Sequence record: SRR22947727_1212
DNA length: 56,587 bases
Strand: one strand, 5' to 3'
Shown here: one piece after another, positions 48,788-56,587 of the stretch
How positions within the stretch are numbered: the first letter of the stretch is position 1
Layout: every line of letters begins with the position of its first letter
Translations under genes and position numbers: made by a program
Notes under the pieces: model-generated
The model's database searches: none
Seen by the model: the letters and a program-made list of their open reading frames with translations, nothing else
Told to the model about the DNA's origin: nothing

Positions 48788-48817
48788 TGCGTACCATACT
48801 TATATTATATCTACGCA
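48788..48817. promoter_or_regulatory. Operator TGCGTA-N18-TACGCA (perfect)
   Basis: tTGCGTAccatacttatattatatcTACGCAa upstream of the KstD-like gene; another TACGCA at 48749, 63 bp from the one at 48812. Confidence 0.8.
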
Positions 48818-48847
48818 AAATAACTATTTTTTTACTTATTTTAATAA

Positions 48848-48862
48848 GAACAAAGCATAAAC
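48848..48862 (+). promoter_or_regulatory. Candidate alphaproteobacterial LexA box GAAC-N7-AAAC upstream of radA
   Basis: GAACaaagcatAAAC, one mismatch to GAAC-N7-GAAC, just upstream of TTGACT (48868) and a DNA-repair gene. Confidence 0.5.
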
Positions 48863-48917
48863 ATTTATTGACTTTCCATCAATAATAGGGTTGGATAATT
48901 AAAAATGGAAACAAAAA

Positions 48918-50333
48918 ATGCCTAAGCCTAGTTCTTGTTTTATTTGCCAATCATGCGGTTCAGTTCATACCAAATGGGCGGGAAGGTGCGACAGCTGTGG
49001 TGAGTGGAACACCTTGTTTGAAGAAACCTCATCTCAACACACCCGACTATCAAACAAAAACAAAAGAAATATAGATTTTGTAAAGCTTAATGGCGAAAGC
49101 ATTGATGTACCGCGCCTAAAGTCAGGTATTTCAGAACTGGACAGAGTTACTGGAGGCGGTCTTGTTCCAGGTTCGGCTATATTAGTCGGTGGAGATCCAG
49201 GTATAGGTAAATCCACACTTTTACTCCAAGCTGCTGGAAAATTAGCTCACTCTGGTCTTAAAACCGCTTATATATCAGGAGAAGAAAGTGTAGACCAAGT
49301 TAGAAGAAGGGCTAAACGTCTTGGCTTTAAAAATGCATCTGTATCGCTTGCATCAGAGACTTCGCTTGGTCCAATATTAGATGGACTAATGATTGAAAAA
49401 CCAGACGTAATTATAATCGACTCAATTCAAACCCTTTGGAGTGATCAGATTAGCGCTGCTCCAGGAACTGTGACTCAAGTAAGGGCCTGTGCCCAAGAAT
49501 TAACCAGATTTGCCAAGAAACGCGGCGCATGTGTTATATTGGTTGGACATGTAACAAAAGATGGACAAATTGCCGGGCCCAGAGTGGTAGAGCACATGGT
49601 TGATGCTGTGCTTTATTTCGAAGGCGATAGAGCTCATCAATTTAGAATATTAAGAGCACATAAAAACAGATTTGGCCCTACCGACGAAATAGGGGTTTTT
49701 GAAATGCGAGAAAACGGTCTATCAGAAGTAGCTAATCCATCCGCATTATTCTTAGATGGTCGCGGTATAGCATCGACAGGAACTTCTATTTTTGCTGGCT
49801 TAGAAGGTACAAGACCTGTCCTTACAGAAATCCAAGCTCTAGTTGCTCCAGCAGCTTTTGGTACAGCTCGGCGAGCAGTTGTTGGTTGGGATAATGGAAG
49901 GTTAGCAATGGTATTAGCTGTACTTGAGGCACGTTGTGGTTTGAGTTTCACCAATAAAGATGTTTACTTAAATGTTGCTGGGGGATTGAAAATAAATGAG
50001 CCTGCAGCAGATCTTGCTGTTGCTGCAGCTATTGCCTCCTCAGCTTTCGGTATACCTTTACCAAAAGATAGCGTAGTATTTGGAGAAATAAGCCTCTCTG
50101 GGGATGTAAGGCCAGTGGGGCGCACAGAGGCGAGATTGAAAGAAGCATCAAAACTTGGATTTCAAACTGCAATTACATCGGCTATTACCAAGAAATTAGA
50201 AAAAAACCTTACTACAATAATGCCAATCATTACAATCAAAGCTTTGCCTGATTTAATAAGACGTGTAGAGATAAGCGCAGAATGCGGCTTGGAAGACGAT
50301 TCTGCTTGGGGAATGAATATAAAAGTCGCCTAA
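48918..50333 (+). CDS. radA: DNA repair protein RadA/Sms
   Basis: C4 zinc finger CQSCG..KWAGRCDSC, GDPGIGKST, KNRFG motif, Lon-like C-terminus. Confidence 0.97.
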   Translation: MPKPSSCFICQSCGSVHTKWAGRCDSCGEWNTLFEETSSQHTRLSNKNKRNIDFVKLNGESIDVPRLKSGISELDRVTGGGLVPGSAILVGGDPGIGKSTLLLQAAGKLAHSGLKTAYISGEESVDQVRRRAKRLGFKNASVSLASETSLGPILDGLMIEKPDVIIIDSIQTLWSDQISAAPGTVTQVRACAQELTRFAKKRGACVILVGHVTKDGQIAGPRVVEHMVDAVLYFEGDRAHQFRILRAHKNRFGPTDEIGVFEMRENGLSEVANPSALFLDGRGIASTGTSIFAGLEGTRPVLTEIQALVAPAAFGTARRAVVGWDNGRLAMVLAVLEARCGLSFTNKDVYLNVAGGLKINEPAADLAVAAAIASSAFGIPLPKDSVVFGEISLSGDVRPVGRTEARLKEASKLGFQTAITSAITKKLEKNLTTIMPIITIKALPDLIRRVEISAECGLEDDSAWGMNIKVA

Positions 50334-50349
50334 ATGGTGGATATTTGTA

Positions 50350-51021
50350 ATGAATATTGGAATTTGGCATTACAACAGCTTTGATATAGTTGTTTTATTA
50401 ATTTTGTTAATATCAAGTTTAACTGCATTAAAGCGAGGTCTTAAACATGAACTAGCATCTATCTTATCTCTACTAACAGCTGCTTTTATAACTTTTGTAA
50501 TTTACGGAAGTTTTGGTTACACGGTTCAAGAATTTATTTCTCCAACATGGCTAGCAAATACTGTTATTGGTATAGTTACTTTCTCTCTCACATATGCAGT
50601 TTTATTTTTTATTTTGAGAAAAATACTGAACTCTTTGGGAGGAAAAGATGTTGGCATTATTGATAACGTTCTTGGTGCTGTTTTTGGCCTCATAAGAGGT
50701 TTCATCATAGCGTCTCTAGGTGTAATGTTGCTTACGTCTCAATACCGGGCTTCACAAGATGCAAAAAACTTTAGGGACTTTATGAATAACAATCCTGAAA
50801 CCATAACAGAGGAGATAATTAAAAAGATGCCAAGGTTTATGAGAGAACAACTGGATGCAAAAGAAATAAAATTACCAGCTATTTATAAGAATTCAAGTAT
50901 TTACCCTCTACTAAATTTAATGAGTAATAAGATTCAAACCTTGCCTTTTGCAAAAATCCGTTCATATGCTGAGCAATTAAAAGAAAGTAAAGTTGATGAT
51001 TTATTTAAGGAAAATAAATAA
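50350..51021 (+). CDS. cvpA: CvpA family membrane protein
   Basis: Four TM segments, KRG...E, D..LGAVFG..RG; immediately upstream of purF. Confidence 0.85.
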   Translation: MNIGIWHYNSFDIVVLLILLISSLTALKRGLKHELASILSLLTAAFITFVIYGSFGYTVQEFISPTWLANTVIGIVTFSLTYAVLFFILRKILNSLGGKDVGIIDNVLGAVFGLIRGFIIASLGVMLLTSQYRASQDAKNFRDFMNNNPETITEEIIKKMPRFMREQLDAKEIKLPAIYKNSSIYPLLNLMSNKIQTLPFAKIRSYAEQLKESKVDDLFKENK

Positions 51022-52505
51022 TGGTTAATTTTAGCGAATACTCTCACTGCACTTTTGACCCTAATGAAGACAAGATAAAGGAAGAATGTGGTGTATTTGG
51101 GATCTTTGGAATAGATAATGCCGCCTCCATGACTGCGCTAGGGCTTCATGCCCTTCAGCACCGAGGTCAAGAGGCTTGCGGCATTGCTACAAGTGATGGA
51201 GACACTTTTCACACAGAAAGACATTTTGGTCTAGTTGGTGACAATTTCACAGGCGATGACCCTTCAAGCCGTTTACCAGGGTTTATTTCCATTGGTCATA
51301 ATCGCTATTCTACAGCCGGTGGTCAACGGACATTAAGAAACGTTCAACCCCTCTATGCAGAATTTCATTCTGGAGGATTTGCATTGGCTCATAATGGGCA
51401 TATCACAAATGCTTACACTATAAGAGACCAACTCAACGAAGCTGGCGCATTATTTCAAAGCACCTCCGATACAGAGGTTGTACTCCACCTGATTGCACGA
51501 GGTAAAAGTGGTGAATTCATTGACCGCTTTATTTCTGCAATCCGACAGGTAGAAGGCGGCTACGCTTTTGTAGGCATGACCAAAAACACTCTTGTTGGCG
51601 CAAGAGACAGACTTGGAATACGTCCACTGTTAATAGGAAGGCTTGGTGATAGTTATGTACTGGCTTCTGAGACTGTTGCTCTAGATATGATATCAGCTGA
51701 ATTTGTCAGAGAAGTTGAACCTGGTGAAGTTGTAGCAATAAACTCTGACGGAATCCGTTCTTTTAGGGCATTTCCAAAGAGCGAACCAAGGCCTTGTATA
51801 TTTGAATTTGTTTATTTCGCTCGTCCAGATAGTGTGGTGAACGGAAAAAGTGTTTATGAAGTTAGAAAGCGAATGGGTAAAAAGTTAGCAATGGAGGTTC
51901 CTGCAGATGTTGATGTAATAATCCCAGTACCTGATAGTGGCGTACCTGCTGCACTTGGCTTTTCTCAAGAAACAGGAATTCCATTCGAATTAGGCATAAT
52001 TCGCAATCATTATGTTGGACGTACTTTCATACAACCTACTCAACAAATAAGAGATATGGGAGTACGTTTAAAACATTCAGCAAATAGAGCTATGATAGAA
52101 GGTAAACGCGTTTTACTTGTTGATGACTCAATCGTTAGAGGCACAACATCAACTAAAATTGTTAGGATGATCAAGGCAGCCGGAGCCAAAGAAGTACATT
52201 TTAGATCGGCCTCTCCACCAATTAAACATCCAGATCATTACGGTATTGATATGCCAACAAAAGAAAAACTTATAGCAGCGAACTACTCGCTTGAGGCGAT
52301 GACAGAAATGCTAGAAGTTGATAGTCTTGGTTTTCTTTCAGTTGAAGGCCTTTATTGGGCTATGGGAGAGAAATTTAGAGAACTTAATGCTCCTCAATAT
52401 ACAGACCATTGCTTTACAGGTGATTACCCAACACCCCTAATTGATCGCGACCGGAAGCTATTAGATAAATCCAATCAACTTTCGTTTTTAGTTGAGGTTG
52501 CCTGA
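51021..52505 (+). CDS. purF: Amidophosphoribosyltransferase
   Basis: EECGVFG (propeptide then catalytic Cys), LQHRGQE, GHNRYST, VDDSIVRGTT. Confidence 0.98.
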   Translation: MVNFSEYSHCTFDPNEDKIKEECGVFGIFGIDNAASMTALGLHALQHRGQEACGIATSDGDTFHTERHFGLVGDNFTGDDPSSRLPGFISIGHNRYSTAGGQRTLRNVQPLYAEFHSGGFALAHNGHITNAYTIRDQLNEAGALFQSTSDTEVVLHLIARGKSGEFIDRFISAIRQVEGGYAFVGMTKNTLVGARDRLGIRPLLIGRLGDSYVLASETVALDMISAEFVREVEPGEVVAINSDGIRSFRAFPKSEPRPCIFEFVYFARPDSVVNGKSVYEVRKRMGKKLAMEVPADVDVIIPVPDSGVPAALGFSQETGIPFELGIIRNHYVGRTFIQPTQQIRDMGVRLKHSANRAMIEGKRVLLVDDSIVRGTTSTKIVRMIKAAGAKEVHFRSASPPIKHPDHYGIDMPTKEKLIAANYSLEAMTEMLEVDSLGFLSVEGLYWAMGEKFRELNAPQYTDHCFTGDYPTPLIDRDRKLLDKSNQLSFLVEVA

Positions 52506-52509
52506 AAAA

Positions 52510-53241
52510 ATGAATAATCAGATGATGAAAGGTCGCGTTACGCTTGTAACAGGAGCATCTCGTGGCATTGGTTATCAATCAGCAATAGCTCTCGCAAAAG
52601 CTGGGTCACATGTCATAGCAACCGCTCGAACGCAAGGTGGTTTAGAAGATCTTGATGATGCCATTAAATCTTTTGGAGGGGAATGCACACTTGTTCCCAT
52701 GGATTTAAAAAACCTTGATGGTATAGACCAACTTGGAAAAGTTATAAATGACCGGTGGGGTAAACTTGATGGTTTATTAGCTAATGCTGGGACTTTAGGC
52801 GAAATAACTTTAGCATCGCATACAGTGCCTAAAAAGTGGAATGAGGTTATAGCCGTAAATTTAACAGCAAATTATAGACTAATTCGTTCACTGGACACAT
52901 TATTAAAAGCATCGAAAGCAGGAAGAGCTCTATTTCTAACATCAAGTGTTGCAAACAGTCATACAGCTTATTGGGGCGCATACGCCGCGTCAAAAGCAGC
53001 ATTAGAAGCCTTTGTTTCATGCTACGCAAAAGAAATTGAAATAACTAACTTGAAAGTTAACTTATTAAACCCAGGCGCAATGAGAACAGCTATGCGTGCA
53101 AAAGCTATGCCTGGAGAAAATCCAGAGGAGGTTCCAAACCCTTTATCGATAACGCCGTTAATATTAGAGATGCTTTCGGCATCCTACAGCGGAAATGATA
53201 CATTAATTAACTTCAGAGAAACCAGCTATTATAAACATTAA
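52510..53241 (+). CDS. SDR (conserved purF-adjacent oxidoreductase)
   Basis: TGASRGIG, LANAG, YAASK, PGAMRTAMRAKAMPGE. Confidence 0.85.
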   Translation: MNNQMMKGRVTLVTGASRGIGYQSAIALAKAGSHVIATARTQGGLEDLDDAIKSFGGECTLVPMDLKNLDGIDQLGKVINDRWGKLDGLLANAGTLGEITLASHTVPKKWNEVIAVNLTANYRLIRSLDTLLKASKAGRALFLTSSVANSHTAYWGAYAASKAALEAFVSCYAKEIEITNLKVNLLNPGAMRTAMRAKAMPGENPEEVPNPLSITPLILEMLSASYSGNDTLINFRETSYYKH

Positions 53242-53256
53242 ATATTAATTATATTT

Positions 53257-53835
53257 CTACCAAGCAGATGTCTTTTTAACAGTTTTTAAAGAACTTATGT
53301 CATCAATATCAATTAGTTGCCTTAAATGAAAAACAGAACCTCCTATATTCGATAAAATATCATTAAGTGTGAATTTATTGGACCATCTCACATTATTAAA
53401 AATATCTTTTTTTACAGGCGCATTCATACCAATTAACCAGAAACCTCCGTCCTCAGCCGGACCAAAAACAGCATCATAAGATTTCAAAGCCTTAAATGCT
53501 GATGCTATATCTTTTTGGTTTAATTGCGGACAATCAGTTCCAATTACTACTATTGGGCCTTGTTTTAAAAAGATCTCATAAAGCTTATTGGATAAAGTAC
53601 CTCTGGCTTGTAAAACTTGTTTCATGCCTCGCCATTCAATTACTTTGCCTAGACTTTTTAAAGGTGTTCCAGAAATAATAACTTCCCATCTAGGATCCTG
53701 TGTTCTTCTAATTACTTTTTTAATCATACTCTTATAGAGTCTATGCGTATGTACTTTACCAATATCAACTGCCAATCTAGTTTTAGCTAATCCAAAAATT
53801 GGAGCACGGGACAAGATATAAACGCGTGGTTTCAT
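53257..53835 (-). CDS. DUF2064 / TIGR04282-type glycosyltransferase-like protein
   Basis: RAP..G.AKTRLA, IGTDCP, VFGPAEDGGFWLIG, V.WS, L.DID. Confidence 0.85.
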   Translation of the reverse strand: MKPRVYILSRAPIFGLAKTRLAVDIGKVHTHRLYKSMIKKVIRRTQDPRWEVIISGTPLKSLGKVIEWRGMKQVLQARGTLSNKLYEIFLKQGPIVVIGTDCPQLNQKDIASAFKALKSYDAVFGPAEDGGFWLIGMNAPVKKDIFNNVRWSNKFTLNDILSNIGGSVFHLRQLIDIDDISSLKTVKKTSAW

Positions 53836-54509
53836 TAATAAGTACGATATATTTCGTATAGTTTTTTTACTGAAATACCCCTTTTATAAGCCAAAAGAAG
53901 TTTCAAGTTTTTAAAACCTCTCTTAAAAATACCTTCCCTTTCATGCTTTGTAATATCAACAAGTATATGCCCATGCATAGATCTCAGAGCCTTCCTACCA
54001 AATCGCCTCTTTATAGCTTCAATTAATGCAACATCTTCAAATAACATCTGAGGGAGGTACCCACCACAATCATTGTACATAGTTTTTGATATTAGCAACC
54101 CTTGATCACCATAAGGCAAACCCAATAGCAAACATCTGGTGGCTACTAGTATATCCATAAATCTAGCTGAAAAACGTTTCGATTTGGCTTTAAACTTTAA
54201 ATAGCCGGCAGATTTTGGGTGTCTTGTTATGTGTTGAATAATAATATTTTTTATATCGTCAGGGAGTTGATTATCTGCATGTGTAAAAAAATACCACTTT
54301 GCATTACAACAATATTTTGCTCCCAATGCCAACTGGTTCCCCCTACCCTTTGCCCCTATGGCAACAATTGCATTTTTAGCGGCATACTCCATTGTTCCGT
54401 CTGTTGAGCCTCCATCAGCTATTACAACACGGCTAAAAGATTTTAACTGCGGCAACAAAGATGATAATTGTTCAATACAATTTAAAGTTGGTATAACTAC
54501 GCAAATCAT
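53835..54509 (-). CDS. GT2 / TIGR04283-type glycosyltransferase
   Basis: VVIPTLN, DGGSTDGT, GRG.QL..GA, F.HAD, LPYGDQGL, FEDV. Confidence 0.85.
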   Translation of the reverse strand: MICVVIPTLNCIEQLSSLLPQLKSFSRVVIADGGSTDGTMEYAAKNAIVAIGAKGRGNQLALGAKYCCNAKWYFFTHADNQLPDDIKNIIIQHITRHPKSAGYLKFKAKSKRFSARFMDILVATRCLLLGLPYGDQGLLISKTMYNDCGGYLPQMLFEDVALIEAIKRRFGRKALRSMHGHILVDITKHEREGIFKRGFKNLKLLLAYKRGISVKKLYEIYRTY

Positions 54510-54581
54510 ATTTACTTATTTGCCTCTTATGACTTTAGTGGCAATAGATAAAAAAATAATTCAAACTAATTGAACTTAACT

Positions 54582-55196
54582 ATGCATAAATTAAAAAAAC
54601 AAGTTCCAGATTTTTTATTTGAATCCGCATATAAAGGGCTTGTCTGTGGAGTGGATGAGGCTGGCCGTGGTCCGCTTGCTGGACCAGTGGTTGCTGCAGC
54701 CGTTATATTAAATCCATTTAATTACCCCGATGGGTTAAATGATAGTAAAGTTTTAAATACGAGTAAACGAGAAAGTTTATTTATAGATATTCAACAAACT
54801 GCTAAAATTGGAATTGGTATTTCAGAACCTGAAGAGATAGATAGAGTAAATATTCTTAATGCTAGTTTATCAGCCATGTATAAAGCTGTATCATCTCTTG
54901 CAGTTTTACCTGATGTAGCGCTTATAGATGGTAACAGATCACCGAATTTTCCATTTAAAACTGAGTGCATAATAAAAGGTGATAGTTTGAGTTTATCAAT
55001 TGCTGCCGCATCAATTATAGCTAAAGTAACAAGAGATAAATTAATGCTAGAAGCAGAAAATAGATTTCCTGGCTATAGCTTTGGCACACACAAAGGTTAT
55101 CCGACAAAAGTACATTTACAAAAACTTGAGCTACTAGGCTCATCACCCATTCACAGGAAAAGCTTCAAACCTGTTAGGTTAAATCCATTGCAATAA
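54582..55196 (+). CDS. rnhB: Ribonuclease HII
   Basis: GVDEAGRGPLAGPV, LNDSK, IDGN, KGD, AASIIAKVTRD, HKGYPT, HRKSF. Confidence 0.97.
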   Translation: MHKLKKQVPDFLFESAYKGLVCGVDEAGRGPLAGPVVAAAVILNPFNYPDGLNDSKVLNTSKRESLFIDIQQTAKIGIGISEPEEIDRVNILNASLSAMYKAVSSLAVLPDVALIDGNRSPNFPFKTECIIKGDSLSLSIAAASIIAKVTRDKLMLEAENRFPGYSFGTHKGYPTKVHLQKLELLGSSPIHRKSFKPVRLNPLQ

Positions 55197-55231
55197 CTTG
55201 CATTAGGAATTTTTAGGACTATTTTAGTTAA

Positions 55232-56587
55232 ATGTCAGAATCCTTATTAAGTCAGAAAATCAACGGATCAAATGAGTGGCAACCTCACCGACCAGAAAGA
55301 CCTGTAAAATCGGAAGGTGGTAAGAAGTTCAGATTAGTAAGTGATTTCAAACCAGCAGGAGACCAACCTGCGGCAATTGAAGAACTCTGTCAGGGACTTA
55401 ATCAATTAAATAGGGATCAGGTATTACTTGGCGTAACAGGATCAGGAAAAACATTTACAATGGCCAAGATAATAGAGAAACAACAACGACCAGCTTTAAT
55501 TATGGCGCCTAATAAAACTCTTGCAGCTCAACTCTATTCTGAATTTAAAAGCTTTTTTCCAGATAACGCTGTCGAATACTTTGTATCTTATTATGATTAC
55601 TATCAACCCGAAGCTTATGTACCAAGAACGGATACATTCATTGAGAAAGATAGTTCGCTCAATGAGCAAATTGATAGAATGAGGCACGCGGCTACAAGGG
55701 CCATACTTGAAAGGGATGACTGTATAATTATCGCATCTGTATCCTGCATTTATGGTATCGGTTCTGTTGAAACATATACAGAAATGACCATCGACATTGC
55801 AAATGGTCAGGAAATTAACCCCAGAGACTTCATCATGCAGCTAGTTCAATTGCAATATGAAAGGAATGATTTGGCGTTTCAAAGAGGTTCCTTTCGTGTC
55901 CGAGGTGATACAATTGAATTATTTCCTGCTCATTATGACGATACTGCTTGGAGGTTTGATTTTTTTGGTGATGAAATCGATTCTATTACTGTCTTTGATC
56001 CATTAACGGGTAGAAGCAGTAAAAAAATAGAAAATGTTAGAATTTATGCAAACTCTCATTACGTGACCCCAAGGCCTACAGTACAGTCAGCAATGAAGGG
56101 AATTAAAAATGAATTAAAAAATCGCTTGGAATATTACAACACTAACAAAAAATTACTTGAAGCACAAAGAATAGCACAAAGAACTGAATTTGATTTGGAA
56201 ATGATAGCAGCACAAGGGTTTTGTACGGGTATCGAAAATTATTCTAGATACCTAACTGGACGAAACCCTGGCGAACCACCTCCTACTTTATTTGAATACT
56301 TACCAGAAAACGCTATTCTTTTTACAGATGAAAGTCATGTAACTGTTCCGCAAATAGGGGCAATGAGCAAAGGTGATTTTAGTCGAAAATCGACACTCTC
56401 TGAACATGGCTTTCGATTGCCAAGCTGTGTGGATAATAGACCTCTAAAATTTGAAGAATGGGAGGCTATGCGCCCTCAAACCGTGCACGTATCTGCAACA
56501 CCAGGAAAATGGGAAATGCTACAAACTCAAGGAATATTTACTGAACAGGTAATACGTCCTACAGGATTAATTGATCCTCCAGTTGAA
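55232..56587 (+). CDS. uvrB: Excinuclease ABC subunit B (3'-truncated by window edge; not in ORF track)
   Basis: Read manually: MSESLL...[70 protein letters not shown]. Confidence 0.97.
   Translation, partial: MSESLLSQKINGSNEWQPHRPERPVKSEGGKKFRLVSDFKPAGDQPAAIEELCQGLNQLNRDQVLLGVTGSGKTFTMAKIIEKQQRPALIMAPNKTLAAQLYSEFKSFFPDNAVEYFVSYYDYYQPEAYVPRTDTFIEKDSSLNEQIDRMRHAATRAILERDDCIIIASVSCIYGIGSVETYTEMTIDIANGQEINPRDFIMQLVQLQYERNDLAFQRGSFRVRGDTIELFPAHYDDTAWRFDFFGDEIDSITVFDPLTGRSSKKIENVRIYANSHYVTPRPTVQSAMKGIKNELKNRLEYYNTNKKLLEAQRIAQRTEFDLEMIAAQGFCTGIENYSRYLTGRNPGEPPPTLFEYLPENAILFTDESHVTVPQIGAMSKGDFSRKSTLSEHGFRLPSCVDNRPLKFEEWEAMRPQTVHVSATPGKWEMLQTQGIFTEQVIRPTGLIDPPVE

Noticed and set aside
1-48830. Calling the island a complete 9,10-seco steroid degradation pathway, or assigning kshA/kstD symbols
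   Set aside because: Ring-cleavage and C/D-ring genes are absent from the window, and orthology cannot be established without phylogeny.
1066-55687. Numerous short ORF-track entries antisense to or nested in larger genes (e.g. 6919..7425, 12312..12842, 43860..44225, 55496..55687)
   Set aside because: They lie within well-supported genes and show no recognisable motifs; they are best explained as shadow ORFs.
1-56587. CRISPR array, IS element, prophage, tRNA/rRNA
   Set aside because: No regularly spaced repeats, transposase/integrase or phage ORFs, and the intergenic gaps are short with no recognisable RNA structure.

Overview
AT-rich, tightly packed bacterial DNA, most likely alphaproteobacterial (radA-cvpA-purF-SDR order, uvrB with N-terminal extension, candidate alpha-type SOS box). 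Bases 1 to ~48,830 are one large catabolic island whose left edge lies outside the window. It holds about 42 genes for attack on hydrophobic, probably steroid- or terpenoid-like conjugated substrates. Oxidative enzymes: three KshA/Neverland-family Rieske oxygenases, a cytochrome P450, a 2Fe-2S ferredoxin, a KstD-like flavoprotein, a 3alpha-HSD-like SDR plus five other SDRs, an OYE, a GMC oxidoreductase and an ALDH. CoA-dependent enzymes: an Ltp2/DUF35 aldolase pair, three acyl-CoA ligases, two CoA transferases and two crotonases. Transport and exported proteins: a TonB-dependent receptor, a spinster-type MFS, two formylglycine sulfatases, an MBL alkyl-sulfatase, a DUF3604 lipoprotein, a Tat spermidine-dehydrogenase-like flavoenzyme and an unknown membrane-anchored protein. 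Two operator families are readable directly from the sequence, and between them they mark essentially every promoter region of the island. (1) TGCGTA-N18-TACGCA occurs 4 times perfectly and several times in degenerate form, with a partner site 62-63 bp away in five regions; it is tentatively assigned to a tandem pair of Lrp/AsnC regulators. (2) TTTCCGAAC-GCT-GTTCGGAAA occurs 3 times and is tentatively assigned to the TetR next to the P450. From 48,918 on the window is housekeeping: radA, cvpA, purF, SDR, a TIGR04282/TIGR04283-type glycosyltransferase pair, rnhB and a partial uvrB. No tRNA/rRNA, CRISPR, transposase or integrase was recognised. All functional calls come from motif recognition only; the substrate is an inference.
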